From contig CAVTJJ010000006.1 of the NCBI GenBank assembly GCA_963735035.1, positions 352,001 to 416,000 of the forward strand: DNA of 64,000 bases, read 5' to 3'. This document shows positions 10,544-18,232 of the stretch, piece by piece. This DNA comes from an uncultured candidate division Zixibacteria bacterium (GTDB lineage: Bacteria; Zixibacteria; MSB-5A5; GN15; FEB-12). Under the pieces are notes generated by a model. That model searched no databases. It saw only the letters and a list, made by a program, of their open reading frames with translations, and had not been told where the DNA came from. The position numbers and the translations under genes were made by a program. Within the stretch, counting starts at the first letter, position 1; every line of letters starts with the position of its first letter.

Positions 10544-11203
10544 ATGGCAGGCGATGTAGTCGAACGAGCAGGTAAAGGTCATAAGAAAGGTTTACGGCGG
10601 CCCAAGCGCCGACTGGCCATCCGCATCGACATGACCCCGATGGTGGATATTGCTTTTCTGCTGCTCATTTTCTATATGGTGACCACCGTGTTTTCGATGC
10701 CCCAGGCGATGGAGATCAATCTCCCTAAGAAGGAACAGGTTGCCGATTCTACCGTGATCAAGGAGTCGAATCTTCTGACTCTGCGGGTGGATTCTCTTAG
10801 CCGTTATTGGTGGCATAAAGGAATAGCCAAGGAAAGCAACCCGCCGCTCTTGATTCCGACACTCACTGCGAAACCGGATTCGGTGGCTTACAAGCTAAAC
10901 GCCGACAGTCTCCGAGCTGTCTTGTTCAATCTGAACAAAGAGAATCCCAAGCTGAGCACGTTGATCTTGATTAGCCGCAAAGCGAGGTACGAGGATATGG
11001 TGAATATTCTCGACGAGATTGACTACCTGGAACGCGGCTGGAATGCGGGGTTGGCGAAACAGCTCAACAAGAAAGTCACCGACTTGACCGAAGCGGACGG
11101 GAAGTTTTCGTATCGTTACGCGGTAGGACAGTGGGAAGAGAAAGACGACCGGCTAATGGACTTAGCGGTGCAGGCGGCCCGGTCCAGCGGCAAGCTTCAA
11201 TAG
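10544..11203 (+). CDS. exbD: ExbD/TolR biopolymer transporter (second paralog)
   Basis: IDMTPMVDIAFLLLIFYM motif; ARYEDMVNILDE. Confidence 0.9.
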   Translation: MAGDVVERAGKGHKKGLRRPKRRLAIRIDMTPMVDIAFLLLIFYMVTTVFSMPQAMEINLPKKEQVADSTVIKESNLLTLRVDSLSRYWWHKGIAKESNPPLLIPTLTAKPDSVAYKLNADSLRAVLFNLNKENPKLSTLILISRKARYEDMVNILDEIDYLERGWNAGLAKQLNKKVTDLTEADGKFSYRYAVGQWEEKDDRLMDLAVQAARSSGKLQ

Positions 11204-11253
11204 TCGGATCCGGAAGGCCGCCGCAGTTGTTTAAGAAACAGAGGTGATTTGAT

Positions 11254-11985
11254 ATGTCGCACACGGAATCGGCCCTGTACTCTCCATATGGAGCGTTCGA
11301 GCTCAAGTCGAAATACCAGCGTAATTTCATGTTCGGAACGCTGTCCGTCTTGGGTTTCGTGCTCTTCATCTTGTTGGTGGCCTGGGTCGTATCGAGTATG
11401 GGCCAGGAGACCGCTATCAGCGATCAGGTAACGGTTATCAAGACTGTCGCCGATCTGGGTCCTCCGCCGACACTGGCGAAGAAACCGCCGCAGGTTCAGG
11501 TCAACCAGCCTCAGGTGGCTGCTCCGAAAGTAGGTATTCCGGTTCCGGTGGCCGACGACGAAGCCCCGGAAGAAGATGTCGTGATGGCCACTCGTGAAGA
11601 AATGGCCGACATCGCTGCGCCTGACATCGCTGCGGATGCCAACCAGGATATCAAAGTTGATATCGCGGAAGAGGATTATCTGCCTTCGATCGACGAGTTC
11701 GTGGCGGTCGAGCAAAGCGCTGACATGGTTTACGAAGAAAAGCCGGTCTATCCGCGTCTGGCCGAGCAGGCCGGTCTTGAAGGGGTAGTCTGGGTAAAGG
11801 CGCTTGTTGGCAGTGACGGCAGTGTGAAGAATGCGGTGGTTTTCAAATCCTCCGGTACGCCGTCGCTCGACGAAGCCGCCGTTGCAGCGGCGCCCAAATG
11901 CAAGTACAAACCGGCAATTCAGAATGGACGCTCGGTGGCTATGTGGGTGGCCTATAAGGTGGAATTCACCCTGAAGAACCGTTGA
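11254..11985 (+). CDS. tonB: Energy transducer TonB
   Basis: YGAFELK N-terminal motif, TM helix, Pro-rich linker, PVYPRLAEQAGLEGVV...YKPAIQNG TonB_C. Confidence 0.93.
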   Translation: MSHTESALYSPYGAFELKSKYQRNFMFGTLSVLGFVLFILLVAWVVSSMGQETAISDQVTVIKTVADLGPPPTLAKKPPQVQVNQPQVAAPKVGIPVPVADDEAPEEDVVMATREEMADIAAPDIAADANQDIKVDIAEEDYLPSIDEFVAVEQSADMVYEEKPVYPRLAEQAGLEGVVWVKALVGSDGSVKNAVVFKSSGTPSLDEAAVAAAPKCKYKPAIQNGRSVAMWVAYKVEFTLKNR

Positions 11986-12009
11986 GCGAAGTTCTACTCA
12001 TTGATTTCT

Positions 12010-12042
12010 AAGCGCCCGGCTTTGGTCGGGCGCTTTCTTTTT
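12010..12042 (+). terminator. Intrinsic terminator
   Basis: AAGCGCCCG...CGGGCGCTT followed by a T-run. Confidence 0.8.
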
Positions 12043-12171
12043 CACAGATATTAGACTCTATTCGTCTTTATTGCGGGTGACACCAAATTCGGAGTTCCTG
12101 CCCGCCCTTGATTATTCGTCCAGGAGGGACGTGCGACCGCGCACGAAACCTGCCCTTCGTAGGAGGCGAAT

Positions 12172-12921
12172 ATGGCTAACACAGCACTCACCCCGTTTGC
12201 CGGTTACGGCGCCTATCAACTGAAAGCGACCTACCAGCGCAACATGCTCTGGGCACTCGGCACCACCACCGGCCTGGTCACACTGATGGTCGCGCTCGGC
12301 GGAATCTTGCTGGGAACTCAAAACGCTCCAGCTTCGTCGGGTCCGCATTCAGGTGACTTTGTAGCGGATACGATAAAGTTCCATCCAATACCGCCTCCTA
12401 CCATTGAGCGATCACGGCCGGACGTTAGACCGTCCCGTCCGAAACCGCAGAAAGATAACGGAAGTATCCTCAGGCCAGTCGATGACACCTCGTCGACAGT
12501 GGAGGATCCCGTGTTGCCGTATGAACCGGGGGACTCCTCAGTTGGTCCTGTGGGAGACGGCGGCGGTTCCGGAGAAGGGGATGGAGCCGGCGTAGGCACT
12601 ATTGATACGGTCGAGTATCTGCCGTCAATAGATAGCTTCGTGCCGGTCGAACGGGATCCGGTAATGATCTACTCGGTTCAGCCGGAGTATCCTCGTTGGT
12701 TCAAGGATGCGGGTATTGAAGGGATAGTAGTAATCAAAGCCCTGGTTGGTCGTAAGGGCGACGTTCTGGACGCGGCGGTTTATGTAAGTTCCGGTATCAA
12801 GCTGCTTGATGAAGCGGCTCTGGCGGTGGCCGGGAAGTACAAATACCAGCCGGCGGTCCAGAACGGCCGCCCGGTGGCGGTCTGGGTTACCTATAAGGTA
12901 GACTTCAAGTTATCTAAGTAG
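12172..12921 (+). CDS. tonB: Energy transducer TonB (second paralog)
   Basis: YGAYQLK motif, TM helix, PEYPRWFKDAGIEG...YQPAVQNGRPV; AGGAGG RBS. Confidence 0.92.
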   Translation: MANTALTPFAGYGAYQLKATYQRNMLWALGTTTGLVTLMVALGGILLGTQNAPASSGPHSGDFVADTIKFHPIPPPTIERSRPDVRPSRPKPQKDNGSILRPVDDTSSTVEDPVLPYEPGDSSVGPVGDGGGSGEGDGAGVGTIDTVEYLPSIDSFVPVERDPVMIYSVQPEYPRWFKDAGIEGIVVIKALVGRKGDVLDAAVYVSSGIKLLDEAALAVAGKYKYQPAVQNGRPVAVWVTYKVDFKLSK

Positions 12922-12948
12922 CGGTTCTTGTGGCAGCGTCGACGGGGT

Positions 12949-12980
12949 AAGGCCGGTGGTCTGGTGACCGCCGGCCTTTT
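12949..12980 (+). terminator. Intrinsic terminator
   Basis: AAGGCCGG...CCGGCCTTTT. Confidence 0.75.
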
Positions 12981-13021
12981 GTCATTTTTGGTCTTTTCAC
13001 AAAATTTCTCTGATTTCCTAC

Positions 13022-13050
13022 TTGACACCTGCACAAATGTGCAGTATTAT
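13022..13050 (+). promoter_or_regulatory. sigma70 promoter with palindromic operator in the spacer
   Basis: TTGACA(13022)-N17-TATTAT(13045); the spacer holds CTGCACA-AA-TGTGCAG (13029-13044). Confidence 0.8.
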
Positions 13051-13096
13051 CTGTTAAGCATGATAGAAACCCCATACGCCAGGAGGCGTGAGAAGT

Positions 13097-13348
13097 ATGA
13101 GTTTACAGAGCAGCAATTTTCAGGTCGAGTACCAGGCCGTCCTTTTCGAAGCGGCCGTACCGCTGGCGACCGAAGCCGATTTTTACAACCGTCACCTGTT
13201 TCAGGACATCGATCTCTTCGGGGTGGCGGACAGCGACAATTTCGCCTACCAGAACGCGGCGACCTGCCCGGACTGCTCCGGCGGCATGATTCGTCAGGGG
13301 CGGTGCTGCGCTTGTCCGTCGTGCGGATACGAAAGCTGCCTGATTTAA
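13097..13348 (+). CDS. Small Zn-ribbon protein
   Basis: C-terminal CPDC...CACPSCGYESC; AGGAGG upstream; lies between the promoter and the helicase. Confidence 0.7.
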   Translation: MSLQSSNFQVEYQAVLFEAAVPLATEADFYNRHLFQDIDLFGVADSDNFAYQNAATCPDCSGGMIRQGRCCACPSCGYESCLI

Positions 13349-13387
13349 GATGTAGGGAATAACCCCGGCCACGGGGGAGGAGGTGCC

Positions 13388-16084
13388 ATGCAATTGGGAG
13401 AATTGACAAGATACGGGATTTCGGAACGAATGATCGAAGTTTGGCGAAAACGTCAGGGCGACACTCTCCTGCCGGTACAACGGCGGGCGATCCGTCAGGG
13501 GCTGCTTGATCCGGGGTCACCGGGAGTAGCCCGGTCGAACCTGATTATCGCCGCGCCGACCTCGGCCGGTAAATCGTTCTGCGCCGAACTGGCCGTCGCC
13601 CGGGCCCTGGCGAACCGTCAGCGGGTGGTCATGGTATTTCCGCTGAAATCTCTCGTGGAGCAGAAGTATGCGATGTTCTGTCGCACCTACGAATCGCTCG
13701 GGATCAAATGCCTCATCTTGACCTCGGATCATCCTGAAAACGATCGCCGGTTCCTGACCGGGGAATATCATATCGCTCTGGCCATACAGGAGAAATTCGA
13801 CTTGGCGCTTGCCGGACGGCTGGACCTCCTGCGCAATATCGGTCTGATCGTAATCGATGAGCTTCAGACGATCTCGGAGCCGGGGCGGGGAGCGGTGTTG
13901 GAACGACTGCTGACGCGCATTATGGCTTCCACGTTTCGTCCGGAGATTATTGGGCTGTCGGCAGTGCTGATGGATCAGCGGATCGATCCGCTCGCCCTCT
14001 GGTTGAACGCGACCGTGGTTGAAGAGACCACTCCCCCGCGCGAACTGATTCGCGGTGTCGTCGCCGACGGCAAGCTGACCTACCGCAGCTACAACGATGG
14101 GCGCGACGGCTGTGAAGACCTGGGCGAGTCCTGCCCGGGGCACGATGCCGAGCAGACGGCGGCCTGGCTGGCGAGTCGCATCAAAGCCGATTCCGGGCGC
14201 ACGCTCATATTCCTGAAATCACGCCTTGATACCGTCAACCTGGCCCTCCGGCTGGCCGCGGTTCTGGGACGGCCATCGGCGGTCGAGGCGCTGAAGCAAT
14301 TCGACGACGAGGAACCGTCGTTTTTGCTCCGTTCGCTCACCCAGGCGATGAATCACGGGATAGCCTTCCACAACTCGGATCTGTCGTCACACCAGCGGAC
14401 CGTGGTCGAGAACGCTTTCTGTGCCGGAGAAATCTCGGTACTCTGCGCCACGACCACGCTGGCACTGGGGGTGAATCTTCCGGCCGATACGGTTTTTCTC
14501 GAGACCGTCAAATACGCTTCCGGTGAGTATGGCGGTCGCCCGGACCTGGTGCCGATCAGCCGGGCCGAATTCGATAACATGACCGGTCGGGCGGGGAGAC
14601 TCGGTTTCGAAAGCAGCGGGCCGGGCAAGGCGTTCGTTCTGGCCGACTCAGCCTTCGAATCCGATGTGCTCTGGAAAGCCTATCTCGCCCCGTGTCAACC
14701 GCAGCCCATGCAGTCGGCCTGGGACCCTCTGGCGGTCGATGATTGGGCGCTTCACATGATCGTCTGCGGTCTGGTCCGGACGGATGACGATTTGCAGCAA
14801 GTCTATTCCCAGACGCTACGCCACTGTCTCAACTCCGATTCAGCGAACGGTCACTCGTCCCATCCCGATTTCGGGGCGTCGTTGGCGCGGCTGAGTGAGT
14901 CGGGTTTCATCCGCCGGAACGCCGACGGTTCGATGGAGCCGTCCTCCGTGGCGACCGCGGTGGTGACTTCGGGTCTGTCACTCAACGAGGCGCACCACTA
15001 CTTGCGGTATCTGGAGACGTCGGATCTCCCCGAGACCCCTTTCGGCTGGACCTGTCTGGCGCTGAGCTCGCCGGAATGGGCGCTGCCGCCGGCAATACTG
15101 TCCCGTTATGAGCAGGCCAACAATGCTCCGGTGCGGATGCTGTACCGTCGCTTTGACCATTCCGTCGAAGAGGCGGTCTCACTCCTGCCCGAGGATCATC
15201 GCCGCCAGCCCCTGCCATATCGGGTTGCGGCGACGCTCAAAGCGGCGCTGTTGTTAGACGATTGGAGCCATCTGACCCCGGCGCAGAAGATCGAAGAGCG
15301 GTACCATTTGCATCTGGGCCAGATTCAGTATTTGGGGCGGACGGCGGCCCATCTGGTGTCGGCTCTGGGACGATTGATAGCAGCCGGCGACCGTGAATCA
15401 GAGCGCCCCCGTTATCTGACCGATCATGCTTTCTCGCTTCGTTTCGGTCTGCCGCCCGGCTTCCGGGAAATCCATCGCCACTTCTCCCATCTGTTGTCAC
15501 GCACCGATTTTCAGAAGCTGCACAAGGCCGGGGTGGAGAGCCTGGAAGAGTTTTGTGAATTGTCCTCATCGCGTCTCGCTGGCCTGTTCGACGACACTCA
15601 TAAGATACAGCATATTATAGCGTTAAATGATACTCTTAAAGAGGAGGTTGATGTGCATACGGCAATGTTGGATAGCCATGCGCCGCTCACCCGGCAGCCC
15701 CGGGTGATCGAAATCGACGGTACCTTCGAAGCGGATCGGTACCTCGTGCGGATCGACGGTTTCCCGGTTCGGTTGACCGGCAAGTCGTTCAAATACCTCA
15801 CCCGGTTGGCCTGGTCGCGGTTACACGACTCCAACGGATGGGTCTACAAGGAAGACATCGAGGTCGGCTTCAATCAGGCCCGGTATCTATACCGGATGAA
15901 GAACGAGATTTCGGCCGGATTCCGGTCGGGTTGGCCGGTGGTGGAGAACAACCGGCTGGGATATTATCGTCTGCAGATTGAGCCTGACAAGATTCATCTG
16001 AATGTCGACAACCTGCGGAGTCATCCCGATTACGAACTGCGGAGTTTGTTTGAGGCGGGTGGTCAGACGAGTGCGGTCAATTGA
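13388..16084 (+). CDS. Ski2/Hel308-like SF2 (DEAD/DEAH) helicase with C-terminal winged-HTH extension
   Basis: APTSAGKS, IDELQ, LSA, ATTTLALGVNLPA, MTGRAGR motifs; HhH-like KLHKAGVESLEE; extra OmpR-like C-terminal domain; GGAGGAGG RBS. Confidence 0.88.
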   Translation: MQLGELTRYGISERMIEVWRKRQGDTLLPVQRRAIRQGLLDPGSPGVARSNLIIAAPTSAGKSFCAELAVARALANRQRVVMVFPLKSLVEQKYAMFCRTYESLGIKCLILTSDHPENDRRFLTGEYHIALAIQEKFDLALAGRLDLLRNIGLIVIDELQTISEPGRGAVLERLLTRIMASTFRPEIIGLSAVLMDQRIDPLALWLNATVVEETTPPRELIRGVVADGKLTYRSYNDGRDGCEDLGESCPGHDAEQTAAWLASRIKADSGRTLIFLKSRLDTVNLALRLAAVLGRPSAVEALKQFDDEEPSFLLRSLTQAMNHGIAFHNSDLSSHQRTVVENAFCAGEISVLCATTTLALGVNLPADTVFLETVKYASGEYGGRPDLVPISRAEFDNMTGRAGRLGFESSGPGKAFVLADSAFESDVLWKAYLAPCQPQPMQSAWDPLAVDDWALHMIVCGLVRTDDDLQQVYSQTLRHCLNSDSANGHSSHPDFGASLARLSESGFIRRNADGSMEPSSVATAVVTSGLSLNEAHHYLRYLETSDLPETPFGWTCLALSSPEWALPPAILSRYEQANNAPVRMLYRRFDHSVEEAVSLLPEDHRRQPLPYRVAATLKAALLLDDWSHLTPAQKIEERYHLHLGQIQYLGRTAAHLVSALGRLIAAGDRESERPRYLTDHAFSLRFGLPPGFREIHRHFSHLLSRTDFQKLHKAGVESLEEFCELSSSRLAGLFDDTHKIQHIIALNDTLKEEVDVHTAMLDSHAPLTRQPRVIEIDGTFEADRYLVRIDGFPVRLTGKSFKYLTRLAWSRLHDSNGWVYKEDIEVGFNQARYLYRMKNEISAGFRSGWPVVENNRLGYYRLQIEPDKIHLNVDNLRSHPDYELRSLFEAGGQTSAVN

Positions 16085-16096
16085 CGCACCGGCATC

Positions 16097-16349
16097 GTGG
16101 CTGGTGGACGTTTATAGATGTTTGTGGCTGGTGGACGTCCTCGTCCACCAGCGCGAGGATCGAAAGGTTGTGTCAGGTCTTGTCCTCGGCCCGCCGCAGG
16201 CGGGGTGGGGATGTGACCTGACACGCAACCTATTCGCATTAAACGGTGTCAGTTCACACGCCCCCGATTTCAATCGGGGGCGCAGGAACTGACACAACCT
16301 CTCGTTGATGCGTCGGTAACGTGACAGACGGACGTCCTCGTCCACCAGC
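16097..16349. repeat. Cluster of REP-like palindromic elements
   Basis: GCTGGTGGACG-tcct-CGTCCACCAGC (one full and two partial copies) and two GTGTCAGKTC...GAMCTGACAC inverted-repeat units. Confidence 0.75.
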
Positions 16350-16356
16350 GTTAGGA

Positions 16357-17634
16357 TCAATCAAGCACTTCAGCCGCCGAAACCCCGGCCAACCAGCCGG
16401 TCGAGAAAGCGGCCTGAAGGTTGAACCCGCCCGTGGGGCCGTCGATGTCCAGCAGCTCTCCCGCGAAGAAAAGCCCTTTGACCAGCCGCGACTGCATGGT
16501 GCGGGGATCGATTTCGCGAAGATCGACGCCCCCCGCGGTTACGACGGCCTCGTCGTACATACGATGTCCCGACACATCGAAGCGGAAATCTTTTAGCCAG
16601 TGGCGCAAGCGGCGGCGCTCTACCGCGGTGATCTGACTCCCCGGCGAAGTCTCCGGCAGATCGTTGAGATCAAGACATACGGGCACCAGTCTGGCCGGAA
16701 GAAGTTCTTTAAGTATGGTCGACAACTGCTTCTTGCCCAATTCGTTGAAGCGTTCCACCAGAAATGCTTCGAGCATCCGTTCGTCCTTGGCGGGGAGAAG
16801 ATCAATTGAAATCTGTACTGCTTTTCCGGCCTGTAACCCGTCGACCGCCAGTCGGCTCAGTTGGAGAATCACCGGTCCGGACAATCCATAATGCGTGAAG
16901 ATCAGGTCGCCAATTAATCCGGCAACCGGCTTCTCGTCGATCAATAACCGGACACTGATATCGTGCAGGCTTATGCCTTGAAGCCGGGAAGCGGCGTCAC
17001 CTCTGGTTTCCAGCGGGACCAGCACGGGCCGAGTGGCCACTATGGTATGTCCGAGGGATTGAGCCAGCGCATACCCGTCACCGGTCGAGCCGGTCTCGGG
17101 GTAGGACATCCCACCGGTCGCAAGAACAACGGCGTCGGCTGGATATTCTTTGTGACGCCCGGCCCGGACGACTCTAACACAGCCGTCCTCCTTCACGATC
17201 TCCGTTACCTTAGCATCTGTTACCAGTTCGGCGCCGCAATCGACTGCCCACTGCCCCAAGACGCGGGCAAGCTCGGGGGCGCAGTTGCCTTTCGGAAAGA
17301 ACTTCCCACCCGGCTCCAGTTCGACCTCAATGCCGAGGTTCTGGAACATCCCGATCAAGTCGGTGGAGAAGAAGCGCATGAACGCCTGGCGCAGGAACCG
17401 GCCGTTGGGGCCGTAGGCATCGATGAATTGTTCGAGGGGGGCGCTGTTGGTGAGATTGCATCGTCCTTTGCCGGTGATGCTGAGTTTCCGCCCCGGGGCG
17501 CTCATTTTCTCAAGGATTAGGACGTGTGCGCCCGCTGAAGCGGCCGATCCGGCGGCCATAAGTCCGGCCGCTCCGCCACCGACGACGACCACGCGCCGTT
17601 TTCGTCCTTGATTAGGCAATTCGTCTGACATCAT
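16357..17634 (-). CDS. HI0933/YhiN family flavoprotein (NAD(P)/FAD-dependent oxidoreductase)
   Basis: GGGAAG, GRKLSITGKGRCNLTN, ATGGMSYP, FTHYGLSGP, GGFNLQAAFSTG. Confidence 0.95.
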   Translation of the reverse strand: MMSDELPNQGRKRRVVVVGGGAAGLMAAGSAASAGAHVLILEKMSAPGRKLSITGKGRCNLTNSAPLEQFIDAYGPNGRFLRQAFMRFFSTDLIGMFQNLGIEVELEPGGKFFPKGNCAPELARVLGQWAVDCGAELVTDAKVTEIVKEDGCVRVVRAGRHKEYPADAVVLATGGMSYPETGSTGDGYALAQSLGHTIVATRPVLVPLETRGDAASRLQGISLHDISVRLLIDEKPVAGLIGDLIFTHYGLSGPVILQLSRLAVDGLQAGKAVQISIDLLPAKDERMLEAFLVERFNELGKKQLSTILKELLPARLVPVCLDLNDLPETSPGSQITAVERRRLRHWLKDFRFDVSGHRMYDEAVVTAGGVDLREIDPRTMQSRLVKGLFFAGELLDIDGPTGGFNLQAAFSTGWLAGVSAAEVLD

Positions 17635-17810
17635 TCCTCCCCGAATATAGGCATTGATGTCCCGGCTTGAAGAATTTTCTTGGCAATCGCCGGGTCAATA
17701 TGCTAATTTCCATACAATCGGGCAGCAGTTGAGAAATCCAGGTGGGCATCGCCGGGTAATTCGACTGGTCTCGCCCAGCGCAGAAACTGTATTTCAGGAG
17801 TGTAGTCATT

Positions 17811-18035
17811 ATGGCAGAGCGCGAAACCGGCACCGTCAAGTGGTTTAGCGCTGAGAAGGGATACGGGTTCATCGTTCGTGACAAGGGCGATGACATTTTT
17901 GTGCATCACTCACAGATTGCGCAGACCGGATACCGCCGACTTCAAGAAGGACAGAAAGTCGAGTTCTCAGTCTTCCAGGCAGAAAAAGGCTTCCAGGCCC
18001 AAGAGGTGACAGTACTCGAGGATAAGACCGCGTAA
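17811..18035 (+). CDS. csp: Cold-shock protein
   Basis: GTVKWFSAEKGYGFI, DIFVHHS RNP motifs. Confidence 0.96.
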   Translation: MAERETGTVKWFSAEKGYGFIVRDKGDDIFVHHSQIAQTGYRRLQEGQKVEFSVFQAEKGFQAQEVTVLEDKTA

Positions 18036-18232
18036 GGTCTTGCGGCGACTACACTAGGGGAAGGACGGCTGACGGGCGTCAGAGCCTGAGGGCGACGCTT
18101 GCGCCACCTGCCATCCACCATTTCATCGTCCCAGGAGACTGATAACCGGCAGGTACCGGAAGGGCCGGATTCTGTCGAACCTAGGTGCAATCTAACCTGT
18201 TTTGTCCGATAACAATAGAACGGTCAGGATAT

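Noticed and set aside
16097..16349. CRISPR array
   Set aside because: Repeats are palindromic, irregularly spaced and of mixed types, with no constant repeat-spacer period and no cas genes
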